Shown here piece by piece: positions 43,322 through 53,013 of a stretch of DNA of 64,000 bases (positions are counted from its first letter, which is position 1; the number at the start of each line of letters is the position of its first letter). Both the position numbers and the translations under genes were made by a program. This DNA comes from an uncultured Marinobacter sp. GTDB lineage: Bacteria > Pseudomonadota > Gammaproteobacteria > Pseudomonadales > Oleiphilaceae. The notes below the pieces were generated by a model. The model was not told the origin of the DNA, did not search any database, and was given only the letters and a program-made list of their open reading frames with translations. The DNA lies in NCBI RefSeq assembly GCF_947488835.1, contig NZ_CANLBK010000006.1, positions 40,042 to 104,041 of the forward strand, given 5' to 3'.

Positions 43322-43339
43322 GGTTGTTCTCCGGGCGAA

Positions 43340-43606
43340 TTACACCTTGGATGCATGTTCAGTGACTTCCACCAGGGCCCAGCTTTTGGTCTTGGAGACC
43401 GGGCGGGTTTCCTGAATGGTCACAGTGTCACCGATATTGCACTGGTTGCTCTCATCGTGAGCATGGATCTTGGTTGAACGCTTCATGTACTTACCGTACA
43501 GAGGGTGTTTCACCTGACGCTCGACCAACACCACGATGGACTTCTCCATCTTGTTGCTTACGACCTTGCCGCTAAGAGTTCTGGCAGTTTGGGTAGCTTC
43601 GGTCAT
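43340..43606 (-). CDS. rpsQ: 30S ribosomal protein S17
   Basis: [19 protein letters not shown]. Confidence 0.99.
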   Translation of the reverse strand: MTEATQTARTLSGKVVSNKMEKSIVVLVERQVKHPLYGKYMKRSTKIHAHDESNQCNIGDTVTIQETRPVSKTKSWALVEVTEHASKV

Positions 43607-43607
43607 G

Positions 43608-43799
43608 TCACTGTCCTGCCTTTTCGTTCAATACTGTTTTCACACGAGCAATGTCGCGCTTCACCCCGGCGAGAAGGTGAGACTGATTGAGCTGACCAGT
43701 AGCCTTGCGCATGCGCAGGTTGAACTGCTCCTTCAGGAGATCGATCAGCTCCTTATTCAGCTCCGCGGCTGATTTTTCACGCAGCTCTGTTGCTTTCAT
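43608..43799 (-). CDS. rpmC: 50S ribosomal protein L29
   Basis: MKATELRE...[14 protein letters not shown] overlap with rplP. Confidence 0.98.
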   Translation of the reverse strand: MKATELREKSAAELNKELIDLLKEQFNLRMRKATGQLNQSHLLAGVKRDIARVKTVLNEKAGQ

Positions 43800-44212
43800 C
43801 ACATCACCGTCCTCGTTACGAAGGTGGTCTGTACCGGCAACTTTGCCGCTGCGAGTGTGAAGGCTTCGCGTGCGATATCTTCAGAAACACCTTCCATCTC
43901 GTAGAGCATACGGCCTGGCTGAATTTCAGCCACCCAGTACTCGACAGAACCCTTACCTTTACCCATACGTACTTCAAGCGGCTTACCGGTGATCGGCTTA
44001 TCCGGGAACACCCGAATCCAGATCTTTCCGCCACGCTTGATCTTACGCGTCATGGTACGACGTGCCGCTTCAATCTGGCGCGCAGTTATACGCCCGCGAG
44101 TCGTCGCTTTCAATCCGTATTCACCGAAGCTCACCTTGTTGGCGCGGTGAGCAAGACCGGTATTACGGCCCTTCATTACCTTGCGAAATTTGGTGCGTTT
44201 TGGTTGCAGCAT
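43799..44212 (-). CDS. rplP: 50S ribosomal protein L16
   Basis: [18 protein letters not shown]. Confidence 0.99.
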   Translation of the reverse strand: MLQPKRTKFRKVMKGRNTGLAHRANKVSFGEYGLKATTRGRITARQIEAARRTMTRKIKRGGKIWIRVFPDKPITGKPLEVRMGKGKGSVEYWVAEIQPGRMLYEMEGVSEDIAREAFTLAAAKLPVQTTFVTRTVM

Positions 44213-44224
44213 AAGATTGCCCCT

Positions 44225-44908
44225 TTACTTAGAACCTTTCTTCCCAGAGGCTTTCTTGTCAGCACGGACCTGTTCCATACCACCAAGAATCTCACCTTTG
44301 AAGATCCATACCTTGACGCCGATTATGCCGTAAGTGGTATGCGCTTCGTAGGTTGCGTAATCAATATCTGCACGCAATGTGTGCAGCGGAACACGACCTT
44401 CACGATACCACTCGGAACGCGCAATTTCGGCACCCCCGAGACGACCACCAACCTGAATCTTGATGCCTTTGGCTCCCTGACGCATTGCGTTTTGTACCGC
44501 ACGCTTCATAGCGCGACGGAACATCACACGACGCTCCAGCTGTCCGGCAACATTTTGCGCTACCAGGCGAGCATCCAGATCCGGCTTGCGGACTTCTTCG
44601 ATGTTGATGTGCACAGGCACACCCATCATCTCGCCAACTTCACGACGCAGACGATCAACATCTTCACCCTTCTTACCGATAACAATACCGGGGCGGGCAG
44701 TATGGATCGTGATACGGGCGTTCTGAGCAGGGCGCTCGATCACAATCTTGCTAACAGACGCCTTAACCAGACGCTTGTCGAGGAATTCGCGAACCTGAAT
44801 ATCGTTCAACAGGTTCTTTGCGTATTCCTTTTTATCGGCATACCAAACTGAGTTGTGCTCTTTAATCACACCCAGGCGGAAGCCGATTGGATTTACTTTA
44901 TGACCCAT
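44225..44908 (-). CDS. rpsC: 30S ribosomal protein S3
   Basis: [15 protein letters not shown] domain, GRVPLHTLR. Confidence 0.99.
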   Translation of the reverse strand: MGHKVNPIGFRLGVIKEHNSVWYADKKEYAKNLLNDIQVREFLDKRLVKASVSKIVIERPAQNARITIHTARPGIVIGKKGEDVDRLRREVGEMMGVPVHINIEEVRKPDLDARLVAQNVAGQLERRVMFRRAMKRAVQNAMRQGAKGIKIQVGGRLGGAEIARSEWYREGRVPLHTLRADIDYATYEAHTTYGIIGVKVWIFKGEILGGMEQVRADKKASGKKGSK

Positions 44909-44919
44909 CTGAGCATCTC

Positions 44920-45252
44920 CTACTTGTCGGCGACCTTGACGGTGATATGACAGGTGCGCTTCATGATTCTGTCAGCGCGCCCCTTGGCTCTAGCCTTGAT
45001 CCGCTTGAGCGTCGGGCCTTCATCCACCATAACGGTGGAAACCCGCAATTCGTCAACGTCCAGACCTTCGTTGTGCTCAGCGTTAGCGATGGCGGATTCA
45101 AGAGCTTTCTTGATAATCACCGCCGCCTTCTTAGGGCTGAAAGTCAGAATGTTCAGGGCGTCCTCAACCGGCTTGCCGCGGACCTGGTCGGCGACAAGAC
45201 GTGCTTTCTGAGCTGAGAGGCGAGCGCCCTTGTACTTGGCTGCTACTTCCAT
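44920..45252 (-). CDS. rplV: 50S ribosomal protein L22
   Basis: [16 protein letters not shown]. Start moved to 45252. Confidence 0.99.
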   Translation of the reverse strand: MEVAAKYKGARLSAQKARLVADQVRGKPVEDALNILTFSPKKAAVIIKKALESAIANAEHNEGLDVDELRVSTVMVDEGPTLKRIKARAKGRADRIMKRTCHITVKVADK

Positions 45253-45269
45253 TTCTATTCCCCTCACAA

Positions 45270-45545
45270 TCAGCGTTTAGCTTTCTTGTCGGCCGAGTGG
45301 CCACGATAAGTACGCGTTGCCGCGAACTCTCCCAGTTTATGCCCGACCATATCTTCGGTGACAAAAACCGGCACGTGTTGCCTGCCGTTGTGGACTGCAA
45401 TGGTCAAGCCAACGAACTCTGGGAAAATCGTGGAACGACGCGACCAGGTCTTAATTGGTCGTTTGTCGTTCGCTTCCAGAGCTGCCTCGACCTTCTTCAA
45501 CAGATGCAGGTCTATGAATGGACCTTTCTTTAAAGAACGTGGCAC
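45270..45545 (-). CDS. rpsS: 30S ribosomal protein S19
   Basis: [18 protein letters not shown]. Confidence 0.99.
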   Translation of the reverse strand: MPRSLKKGPFIDLHLLKKVEAALEANDKRPIKTWSRRSTIFPEFVGLTIAVHNGRQHVPVFVTEDMVGHKLGEFAATRTYRGHSADKKAKR

Positions 45546-45568
45546 AGCATTTACCTCTATGTGGTCGT

Positions 45569-46396
45569 TTACTTGGCTGAACGACGACGTACTATCATCT
45601 TGTCAGTACGCTTGTTCTTACGAGTCTTATGCCCTTTGGTCGGAACACCCCAAGGAGTAACTGGGTGACGTCCGCCAGAGGTACGCCCTTCACCACCACC
45701 ATGTGGGTGGTCAACTGGGTTCATAGCCACACCACGAACCGTTGGACGCTTTCCGCGCCAACGTGATGCACCCGCTTTACCAAGTCGCTTGAGACTGTGC
45801 TCACTGTTGGATACTTCACCCAACGTGGCACGGCAATCTACAAGCACCTTTCGCATTTCACCTGAGCGCAGACGGATGGTCGCGTAAGCGCCTTCCCGAG
45901 CTACAAGTTGCACGGATGCGCCCGCAGAGCGAGCCAGCTGTGCACCTTTACCAGGCTTGAGCTCAACGCAATGGATCACAGAACCAACCGGCATATTCCG
46001 CAGCGGCAATGTGCTTCCAACCTTGATAGGCGCGTCGATTCCTGAGCGCACGGGCTCTCCGATCTGCATACCTTTGGGAGCGATAATGTAACGACGCTCA
46101 CCGTCGGCATACTTGATCAGCGCGATGTGCGCAGAGCGGTTAGGATCGTATTCAATGCGTTCAATTGTCGCAGGAATACCATCTTTGGTCCGCTTGAAAT
46201 CTATTATACGGTAGTGCTGTTTATGGCCACCACCAATATGACGGGTAGTGATACGGCCGTTGTTATTACGACCACCCGACTTGCTTTGAGATTCGACCAA
46301 CGGTTCGTAAGGACGCCCTTTGTGTAAATCCGGGTTGTACAGTTTTACAACGTGACGGCGTCCGGCTGATGTTGGCTTGGTTTTGACGATCGGCAT
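45569..46396 (-). CDS. rplB: 50S ribosomal protein L2
   Basis: [21 protein letters not shown]. Confidence 0.99.
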   Translation of the reverse strand: MPIVKTKPTSAGRRHVVKLYNPDLHKGRPYEPLVESQSKSGGRNNNGRITTRHIGGGHKQHYRIIDFKRTKDGIPATIERIEYDPNRSAHIALIKYADGERRYIIAPKGMQIGEPVRSGIDAPIKVGSTLPLRNMPVGSVIHCVELKPGKGAQLARSAGASVQLVAREGAYATIRLRSGEMRKVLVDCRATLGEVSNSEHSLKRLGKAGASRWRGKRPTVRGVAMNPVDHPHGGGEGRTSGGRHPVTPWGVPTKGHKTRKNKRTDKMIVRRRSAK

Positions 46397-46413
46397 ATTA
46401 CGACCCCTTTACC

Positions 46414-46707
46414 TTATTCCACATCCAGAAAATCGATGTCCTGACCTTCAGCCAGCTTTACATAAGCCTTACGAATGTCATTACGCTTGCCGAACCCGCG
46501 GGCTGTGCGCTTGAGCTTGCCCTTACGATTCAGAACTTGAACACCTTCTACGGTGACGTTGAACAGTTGCTCAACAGCCTTCCTGATCTCCGGCTTGGTG
46601 GCGTCCGGGGCAACCCGGAAAACAACCTGACCATGCTCGGCAACCATTGAGGCTTTCTCCGATACGTGAGGCCCTAAAAGGACCTTATAAATACGTTCCT
46701 GATTCAT
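46414..46707 (-). CDS. rplW: 50S ribosomal protein L23
   Basis: PHVSEKA, RKAYV. Confidence 0.99.
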   Translation of the reverse strand: MNQERIYKVLLGPHVSEKASMVAEHGQVVFRVAPDATKPEIRKAVEQLFNVTVEGVQVLNRKGKLKRTARGFGKRNDIRKAYVKLAEGQDIDFLDVE

Positions 46708-47309
46708 CCCAGCATCTCCTCGATCTTCTTCAGAGCGGGAACAGTTACCACGACTTTCTCGTAAGCAACCAGGCTAACCGGATCCAGACCCGCAACATCA
46801 CGCACATCGACGTGAGGCACGTTGCGAGAAGCCAGGTGCAGATTATGCTCAAGGCTTTCTGTCAGGATCAGGGCATTGGAAAGGCCCAGATCTGCCAGCT
46901 TGGACGTGAAGTCTTTGGTCTTTGGCGCATCGACTGCAAAGTCGTCAACCAGAACCAGACGCTCCTGACGAACCAACTCGGAGAAAATAGAGCACATCGC
47001 GGCACGATACATCTTACGGTTAACTTTTTGCTCAAAGCCGCGAGGCTTGGCAGCAAAAGTCACACCACCGGAGCGCCAGATAGGGCTACGGATTGTACCG
47101 GCACGAGCGCGACCAGTACCCTTCTGACGCCAGGGCTTCTTACCACCACCACTGACTTCTGAGCGGGTTTTTTGAGCCTTGGTTCCCTGACGGCCAGCTG
47201 CCATATAAGCAGTAACCACCTGGTGAACCAGAGCCTCATTAAAATCTTTGGCAAATGCAGCATCGGAAACAGAAATTCCCTTGCCACTACCTGTAATAGT
47301 CAATTCCAT
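46704..47309 (-). CDS. rplD: 50S ribosomal protein L4
   Basis: [14 protein letters not shown]. Confidence 0.99.
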   Translation of the reverse strand: MELTITGSGKGISVSDAAFAKDFNEALVHQVVTAYMAAGRQGTKAQKTRSEVSGGGKKPWRQKGTGRARAGTIRSPIWRSGGVTFAAKPRGFEQKVNRKMYRAAMCSIFSELVRQERLVLVDDFAVDAPKTKDFTSKLADLGLSNALILTESLEHNLHLASRNVPHVDVRDVAGLDPVSLVAYEKVVVTVPALKKIEEMLG

Positions 47310-47320
47310 CGAACCGCTCC

Positions 47321-47959
47321 TCAGGCTTTAAGTGCAGGCTTGATGACAACATCACTGCCAGTTGCGCCGGGGACGGCACCACTAATCAGCAGGAGGTTGC
47401 GCTCGGCGTCGACACGGACAACTTTAAGGTTCTGCACAGTTACTTGCGCATTACCCATTTGGCCCGCCATCTTTTTGCCCTTGAATACCTTGCCCGGAGT
47501 CTGGTTCTGACCAATAGAACCCGGAGCACGATGCGATAGGGAGTTACCATGCGTTGCATCCTGCATGGAGAAGTTCCAGCGCTTAACGCCACCCTGGAAA
47601 CCTTTACCCTTGGACTGACCGGTAGCATCTACAAGCTGACCATCTTCAAAGACAGTTGCAGCAATTTCGCCGCCTGCAGCCAGGTCTTCACCTTCGCCGT
47701 CAGCCAGCCGAAATTCCCAAACTCCCCGACCAGCTTCTACGCCGGCTTTAGCAAAATGACCTGCCTCGCCCTTGGTAACACGTGACGCACGACGAGTGCC
47801 CACAGTTACCTGAACAGCGCGATAGCCGTCATTCTCAAGAGTTTTGAGTTGAGTAATGCGGTTAGGATCAACCTCAATTACCGTAACAGGCAGAGCCTGC
47901 CCGTCTTCCGTAAATATACGGGTCATACCAGCCTTACGGCCGACAACACCAATTGCCAT
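47321..47959 (-). CDS. rplC: 50S ribosomal protein L3
   Basis: [23 protein letters not shown]. Confidence 0.99.
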   Translation of the reverse strand: MAIGVVGRKAGMTRIFTEDGQALPVTVIEVDPNRITQLKTLENDGYRAVQVTVGTRRASRVTKGEAGHFAKAGVEAGRGVWEFRLADGEGEDLAAGGEIAATVFEDGQLVDATGQSKGKGFQGGVKRWNFSMQDATHGNSLSHRAPGSIGQNQTPGKVFKGKKMAGQMGNAQVTVQNLKVVRVDAERNLLLISGAVPGATGSDVVIKPALKA

Positions 47960-47972
47960 GTTTCACCTCTAA

Positions 47973-48015
47973 GTGTACGGGGCTCTCACCCTCTATGGCC
48001 TTAGGACAGTTACAC
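47973..48015 (-). promoter_or_regulatory. Candidate cis-regulatory RNA resembling the 23S rRNA L4/L24-binding junction
   Basis: mRNA GUGUA-AC-UGUCCUAAGGCC-AUAGA-GGG-UGAGAG-CCC-CG-UACAC, ending 3 nt before the rplC SD GAGGUG. Confidence 0.7.
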
Positions 48016-48034
48016 AGATCAATACCAGGTGGTA

Positions 48035-48346
48035 TTAACCGAGGCTAATCTGAACGTCTACACCTGCTGCCAGGTCCAACTTCATCAAAGCATCTACTGT
48101 CTTTTCCGTTGGCTCAACAATGTCGAGCAAACGCTTATGAGTACGAATTTCATACTGGTCGCGCGCGTCTTTGTTAACGTGCGGGGAAACCAGAATAGTG
48201 TACTTTTCCTTCCGCGTCGGCAGAGGGATAGGCCCACGCACTTGAGCGCCGGTCCGCTTAGCGGTATCGACAATCTCCTGCGTCGACTGGTCGATAAGGC
48301 GATAATCAAACGCCTTCAACCGGATTCGAATCTTTTGGCTTTGCAT
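48035..48346 (-). CDS. rpsJ: 30S ribosomal protein S10
   Basis: [27 protein letters not shown]. Confidence 0.99.
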   Translation of the reverse strand: MQSQKIRIRLKAFDYRLIDQSTQEIVDTAKRTGAQVRGPIPLPTRKEKYTILVSPHVNKDARDQYEIRTHKRLLDIVEPTEKTVDALMKLDLAAGVDVQISLG

Positions 48347-48412
48347 GTTGCACCAAACTCCACTCGTAGCAGCTACTAGACTAGTTAGCCGACCTTCAAA
48401 AAAAGGAGCCGC

Positions 48413-48441
48413 ATTGTATGCATAATACCCAACCCTGTCAA
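48413..48441 (-). promoter_or_regulatory. Sigma70 promoter of the S10 operon
   Basis: TTGACA-N17-TACAAT followed by the GC-rich discriminator GCGGCTCC. Confidence 0.9.
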
Positions 48442-48490
48442 CAGAGATGACTACTGACCAGATCGGGACAAGCGGTTGCGACAGAAATCG

Positions 48491-48517
48491 AAAAAGGGGC
48501 TGACCAAGTCAGCCCCT
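48491..48517 (-). terminator. Intrinsic terminator of tuf
   Basis: AGGGGCTGAC-N3-GTCAGCCCCT stem followed by a minus-strand U-run. Confidence 0.9.
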
Positions 48518-48538
48518 CTTCCTGATGCAACGAGCGTC

Positions 48539-49735
48539 TTACTCGATGATCTTGGCGACTACGCCAGCACCAACGGTACGACCGCCTTCGCGAATCGCGA
48601 AGCGCAGGCCATCTTCCATGGCGATCGGAGCAATCAACGTCACTTCCATCTGTACGTTATCACCCGGCATAACCATTTCCACGCCTTCCGGCAATTCACA
48701 GGAACCAGTTACGTCGGTAGTACGGAAGTAGAACTGAGGACGGTAGCCCTTGAAGAATGGAGTGTGACGACCACCCTCATCCTTGCTCAGTACGTATACT
48801 TCACACTCAAACTTGGTGTGCGGCTTGATGCTGCCCGGCTTACACAATACCTGACCACGCTCAACGTCGTCACGCTTGGTACCACGAAGCAGTACACCTA
48901 CGTTCTCGCCAGCACGACCTTCGTCCAGCAGCTTACGGAACATCTCAACACCGGTGCAGACAGTCTTGACGGTATCCTTGATACCAACAATCTCAACCTC
49001 CTCACCAACCTTGACGATACCGCGCTCAACACGACCGGTCACAACCGTACCACGACCGGAGATAGAGAACACATCCTCAATCGGCAGCAGGAACGGCTGA
49101 TCAATCGCACGCTCCGGCTCAGGGATGTAATCGTCCAGAGCCTCAACCAGCTTCTTCACAGCGGTTGTGCCCATTTCGTTGTCGTCTTTGCCCTGCAACG
49201 CCATCAGCGCTGAACCAGTGATGATTGGCGTATCGTCACCCGGGAAGTCGTACGCACTCAACAGCTCGCGCACTTCCATCTCTACCAGCTCAAGCAGCTC
49301 TTCATCATCTACCATGTCCGCTTTGTTCAGGAACACAACGATGTAAGGAACGCCAACCTGACGAGACAGCAGGATGTGCTCACGCGTCTGAGGCATCGGG
49401 CCGTCAGCTGCGGAACAAACCAGAATCGCGCCATCCATCTGAGCCGCACCGGTGATCATGTTCTTCACATAATCCGCGTGGCCCGGGCAGTCTACGTGTG
49501 CGTAGTGACGGCTAGGAGAATCGTACTCAACGTGAGAGGTCGCAATGGTAATACCACGCGCACGCTCTTCCGGTGCGTTATCGATCTGATCGAATGCACT
49601 CGCAGAACCAGTACCCCAAACTTCGTGACACACACGAGTCAGAGCAGCGGTCAGAGTCGTCTTACCATGGTCAACGTGACCAATAGTGCCCACGTTAAGG
49701 TGTGGCTTAATTCTTTCAAACTTGGATTTAGACAC
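48539..49735 (-). CDS. tuf: Elongation factor Tu
   Basis: [28 protein letters not shown] start. Confidence 0.99.
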   Translation of the reverse strand: MSKSKFERIKPHLNVGTIGHVDHGKTTLTAALTRVCHEVWGTGSASAFDQIDNAPEERARGITIATSHVEYDSPSRHYAHVDCPGHADYVKNMITGAAQMDGAILVCSAADGPMPQTREHILLSRQVGVPYIVVFLNKADMVDDEELLELVEMEVRELLSAYDFPGDDTPIITGSALMALQGKDDNEMGTTAVKKLVEALDDYIPEPERAIDQPFLLPIEDVFSISGRGTVVTGRVERGIVKVGEEVEIVGIKDTVKTVCTGVEMFRKLLDEGRAGENVGVLLRGTKRDDVERGQVLCKPGSIKPHTKFECEVYVLSKDEGGRHTPFFKGYRPQFYFRTTDVTGSCELPEGVEMVMPGDNVQMEVTLIAPIAMEDGLRFAIREGGRTVGAGVVAKIIE

Positions 49736-49770
49736 AGTTACACCTCTTCCTGTTACTTAATTCCTGGGTA

Positions 49771-51873
49771 TCAACCCTTTTTAATGATTGCTTCGGCGAT
49801 GTTGTTCGGGGCTTCCGCATACCGCGAAAACTCCATTGCGTAGGATGCGCGACCCTGAGTTGCAGAGCGCAGATCCGTGGCATAACCAAACATTTCCGAC
49901 AACGGAACCTCGGCACGAACAATCTTGCCAGCGACGCCGTCATCCATACCCTGAATCAGGCCACGGCGGCGGTTCAAATCACCCACCACGTCACCCATAT
50001 AATCTTCAGGGGTTACAACCTCGACTTTCATCATCGGCTCAAGCAGAGCCGGACTCGCTTCCAGGGCGCCTTTCTTCATCGCCATGGAACCCGCGATCTT
50101 GAACGCCATTTCGTTGGAGTCCACGTCGTGGTACGAACCATCGTACAAGGTTGCCTTGATACCCAGCAGCGGATAGCCGGCCAGACAGCCGTTCTGCATC
50201 TGCTCCGAGATACCCTGCTGAACCGCCGCTACATATTCCTTGGGAACTGCACCACCGACGACCTCGTTCACGAAGATAAAGTTCTCTGCACCTTCTTCCA
50301 GTGGCAGTGGGTCAATCTTGACCTTAACGTGACCATACTGACCACGGCCACCCGACTGGCGAACGAACTTACCCTCTACATCTACCGACTTGCGAATACA
50401 CTCACGGTATGCGACCTGCGGCTTACCGATGTTCGCCTCTACCTTGAACTCTCGACGCATACGGTCGACAAGGATATCGAGGTGAAGCTCACCCATACCA
50501 GAAATAATAGTCTGGCCAGATTCTTCATCAGTGCGCACACGGAACGATGGATCTTCCTGAGCCAACTTACCCAGAGCCACACCCATCTTTTCCTGATCCG
50601 CCTTGGACTTTGGCTCCACTGCAACCGAAATAACCGGCTCAGGGAACTCCATCCGCTCAAGGATGATCTTGTGATTTTCATCACACAAGGTGTCACCAGT
50701 GGTAACGTTCTTCAGTCCAATCGCAGCTGCGATATCGCCCGCCAGAACTTCCTTGATTTCTTCCCGGTCGTTAGCGTGCATCTGAACCATACGGCCCACA
50801 CGCTCTCTTTTACCCTTAACCGAGTTGAATACGGAGTTACCGGACTCAAGCCTGCCGGAATAAACCCGGAAGAAGGTCAACGAACCAACAAATGGATCCG
50901 TCGCGATCTTGAACGCCAAGGCTGCAAACGGAGCGTTGTCGTCAACCGGACGAGTATCTTCGGTGCCATCTTCATCGATTTCACCACGGATGGCTTTAAC
51001 TTCATCCGGAGCTGGCAAATACTCGATAACAGCATCAAGAACTGCGGGCACGCCCTTGTTCTTGAACGCGGAGCCGCAACAAGCCAGCACGATCTCGTTA
51101 GAAAGAGTACGCGCACGCAAGCCCGCCTTGATCTCTTCTACGGACAACTCGCCGCCTTCCAGGTACCGCTCCATAAACTCTTCATTGGCTTCGGCTGCCG
51201 CCTCGACCAGAGCTTCGCGGTACTTAGCCACCTCGTCGACCATATCAGCAGGAACTTCTTCCTCACGATAGGTCATACCAAGATCGGCGTCGTCCCAGTA
51301 AATTGCCTTGTCGCGAAGAAGATCGACGATACCGGCAAATTGATCTTCAGAGCCAATTGGCAGCTGAAGCGCTACTGGAGTCGCACCCAAACGGGTTTTG
51401 ATCTGCTCAACCACACGCAGGAAGTCAGCACCAGCACGGTCCATCTTGTTGACGAACACCATGCGAGGGACTTCGTACTTGTTAGCCTGGCGCCATACGG
51501 TCTCAGACTGCGGCTCAACACCGGAGGATCCGCAGAACACAACTACAGCGCCATCGAGAACCCGCAGGGAACGCTCAACTTCGATAGTGAAGTCTACGTG
51601 TCCCGGGGTATCAATAACGTTGATACGGTGCTCATCGAACTGCTTGTCCATACCCTGCCAAAATGTAGTAACAGCGGCAGAGGTGATGGTTATACCACGC
51701 TCCTGCTCTTGCTCCATCCAGTCAGTGGTGGACGCGCCATCATGGGTCTCGCCCATTTTGTGGCTACGACCCGTATAGTAAAGAATACGCTCGGTCGTTG
51801 TGGTTTTGCCCGCATCAACGTGCGCACAGATACCAATGTTTCTGTAACGTTTAATCGGAGTTTTGCGTGCCAC
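49771..51873 (-). CDS. fusA: Elongation factor G
   Basis: [33 protein letters not shown] start. Confidence 0.99.
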   Translation of the reverse strand: MARKTPIKRYRNIGICAHVDAGKTTTTERILYYTGRSHKMGETHDGASTTDWMEQEQERGITITSAAVTTFWQGMDKQFDEHRINVIDTPGHVDFTIEVERSLRVLDGAVVVFCGSSGVEPQSETVWRQANKYEVPRMVFVNKMDRAGADFLRVVEQIKTRLGATPVALQLPIGSEDQFAGIVDLLRDKAIYWDDADLGMTYREEEVPADMVDEVAKYREALVEAAAEANEEFMERYLEGGELSVEEIKAGLRARTLSNEIVLACCGSAFKNKGVPAVLDAVIEYLPAPDEVKAIRGEIDEDGTEDTRPVDDNAPFAALAFKIATDPFVGSLTFFRVYSGRLESGNSVFNSVKGKRERVGRMVQMHANDREEIKEVLAGDIAAAIGLKNVTTGDTLCDENHKIILERMEFPEPVISVAVEPKSKADQEKMGVALGKLAQEDPSFRVRTDEESGQTIISGMGELHLDILVDRMRREFKVEANIGKPQVAYRECIRKSVDVEGKFVRQSGGRGQYGHVKVKIDPLPLEEGAENFIFVNEVVGGAVPKEYVAAVQQGISEQMQNGCLAGYPLLGIKATLYDGSYHDVDSNEMAFKIAGSMAMKKGALEASPALLEPMMKVEVVTPEDYMGDVVGDLNRRRGLIQGMDDGVAGKIVRAEVPLSEMFGYATDLRSATQGRASYAMEFSRYAEAPNNIAEAIIKKG

Positions 51874-51891
51874 TGTATAAACCTCGGCTGT

Positions 51892-52362
51892 TTAGAAACG
51901 GAAGTGAGAGAACGCTTTGTTAGCATCTGCCATGCGGTGTACATCTTCACGCTTCTTAACAGCAGCACCTTTGCTGTCAGCCGCATCAAGAATTTCACCA
52001 GCCAGACGCTGCGCCATGGACTTCTCGCCGCGCTTCCGTGAAAACTCTACGAGCCAGCGCATTGCCAGCGCGTTCTGACGGGAAGGCCGTACTTCTACGG
52101 GCACCTGGTAAGTAGCACCACCGACACGACGGGACTTAACCTCAACCATCGGCTGGATGTTTTCCAGGGCCTTCTCGAACATGTCGATCGGCTCTTCCTT
52201 GGACTTCTCGGCAACAATTGTCAGAGCGCCATAAACAATACGCTCTGCAACCGCTTTCTTACCGCTTTCCATCACGTGGTTGATGAATTTGGCAAGACGC
52301 GCACTACCGAATTTGGGATCCGGGATAATTTCCCGCTTAGCTGCAACTCTTCTTCTAGGCAT
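51892..52362 (-). CDS. rpsG: 30S ribosomal protein S7
   Basis: [16 protein letters not shown]. Confidence 0.99.
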   Translation of the reverse strand: MPRRRVAAKREIIPDPKFGSARLAKFINHVMESGKKAVAERIVYGALTIVAEKSKEEPIDMFEKALENIQPMVEVKSRRVGGATYQVPVEVRPSRQNALAMRWLVEFSRKRGEKSMAQRLAGEILDAADSKGAAVKKREDVHRMADANKAFSHFRF

Positions 52363-52477
52363 CGATAAGCCCTTATCTAATTAAAAGGTCTTCAGGAACC
52401 CCTGAGATAGCCGGCGGCTACTCAGCCTTACTCTTACCGTTCTGACAAGCAACGATAAAAGACACTCTTTCGGAGCA
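52363..52477 (-). promoter_or_regulatory. rpsL-rpsG intercistronic region, likely S7 autoregulatory site
   Basis: 115 nt containing GAGUAAGGC...CCUGAA, which resembles the enterobacterial str intercistronic element as I recall it. Confidence 0.55.
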
Positions 52478-52852
52478 TTACGACTTGGGTCGTTTTGCAC
52501 CGTACTTGGAGCGACCCTGCTTACGGTTCTGTACACCCTGGGTGTCCAGCGTTCCGCGAACAGTGTGATAGCGCACACCCGGAAGGTCTTTTACGCGACC
52601 GCCACGGATCAGCACAACACTGTGCTCCTGAAGGTTGTGACCTTCACCACCAATGTATGAGGAAACCTCGAAGCCGTTGGTCAGACGAACACGGCACACT
52701 TTACGCAGTGCTGAGTTCGGCTTCTTCGGCGTTGTGGTGTAAACACGAGTGCATACACCACGGCGCTGAGGACAAGCCTGAAGAGCAGGAACGTCGCTCT
52801 TGGCTACCTTGCGCTTACGAGGCTTACGCACCAACTGATTAATCGTTGCCAT
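52478..52852 (-). CDS. rpsL: 30S ribosomal protein S12
   Basis: [28 protein letters not shown]. Start moved to 52852. Confidence 0.99.
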   Translation of the reverse strand: MATINQLVRKPRKRKVAKSDVPALQACPQRRGVCTRVYTTTPKKPNSALRKVCRVRLTNGFEVSSYIGGEGHNLQEHSVVLIRGGRVKDLPGVRYHTVRGTLDTQGVQNRKQGRSKYGAKRPKS

Positions 52853-52922
52853 GTAAGCAAACTCCAAAAAACCATATCAATGAAACTTACCCCCAGTGAA
52901 GGGGGTAAAATTAAGGGTCGCA

Positions 52923-52951
52923 AGTTTAAGCCTGCGCCCCCGGACAGTCAA
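52923..52951 (-). promoter_or_regulatory. Sigma70 promoter of the str operon
   Basis: TTGACT-N17-TAAACT then TGCGACCC. Confidence 0.8.
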
Positions 52952-53013
52952 GACGACTGTACTCTTTTTAACCACCCCCGCGTAAGTATCTACACGGAGG
53001 TGGCGCACCAAAC

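Noticed and set aside
47973-48015. 23S-like sequence as an rRNA gene fragment or assembly artefact
   Set aside because: It is only about 43 nt, diverged in its 5' half, and embedded between intact genes with a normal SD.
50128-52041. 637-aa plus-strand ORF antisense to fusA/rpsG, and similar long antisense ORFs (19171-19914, 23096-23923, 24423-25235, 43790-44851, 55339-56082, 57602-58348)
   Set aside because: These mirror highly expressed genes whose codon bias removes stops on the opposite strand. They have no recognisable motifs or ribosome-binding sites.
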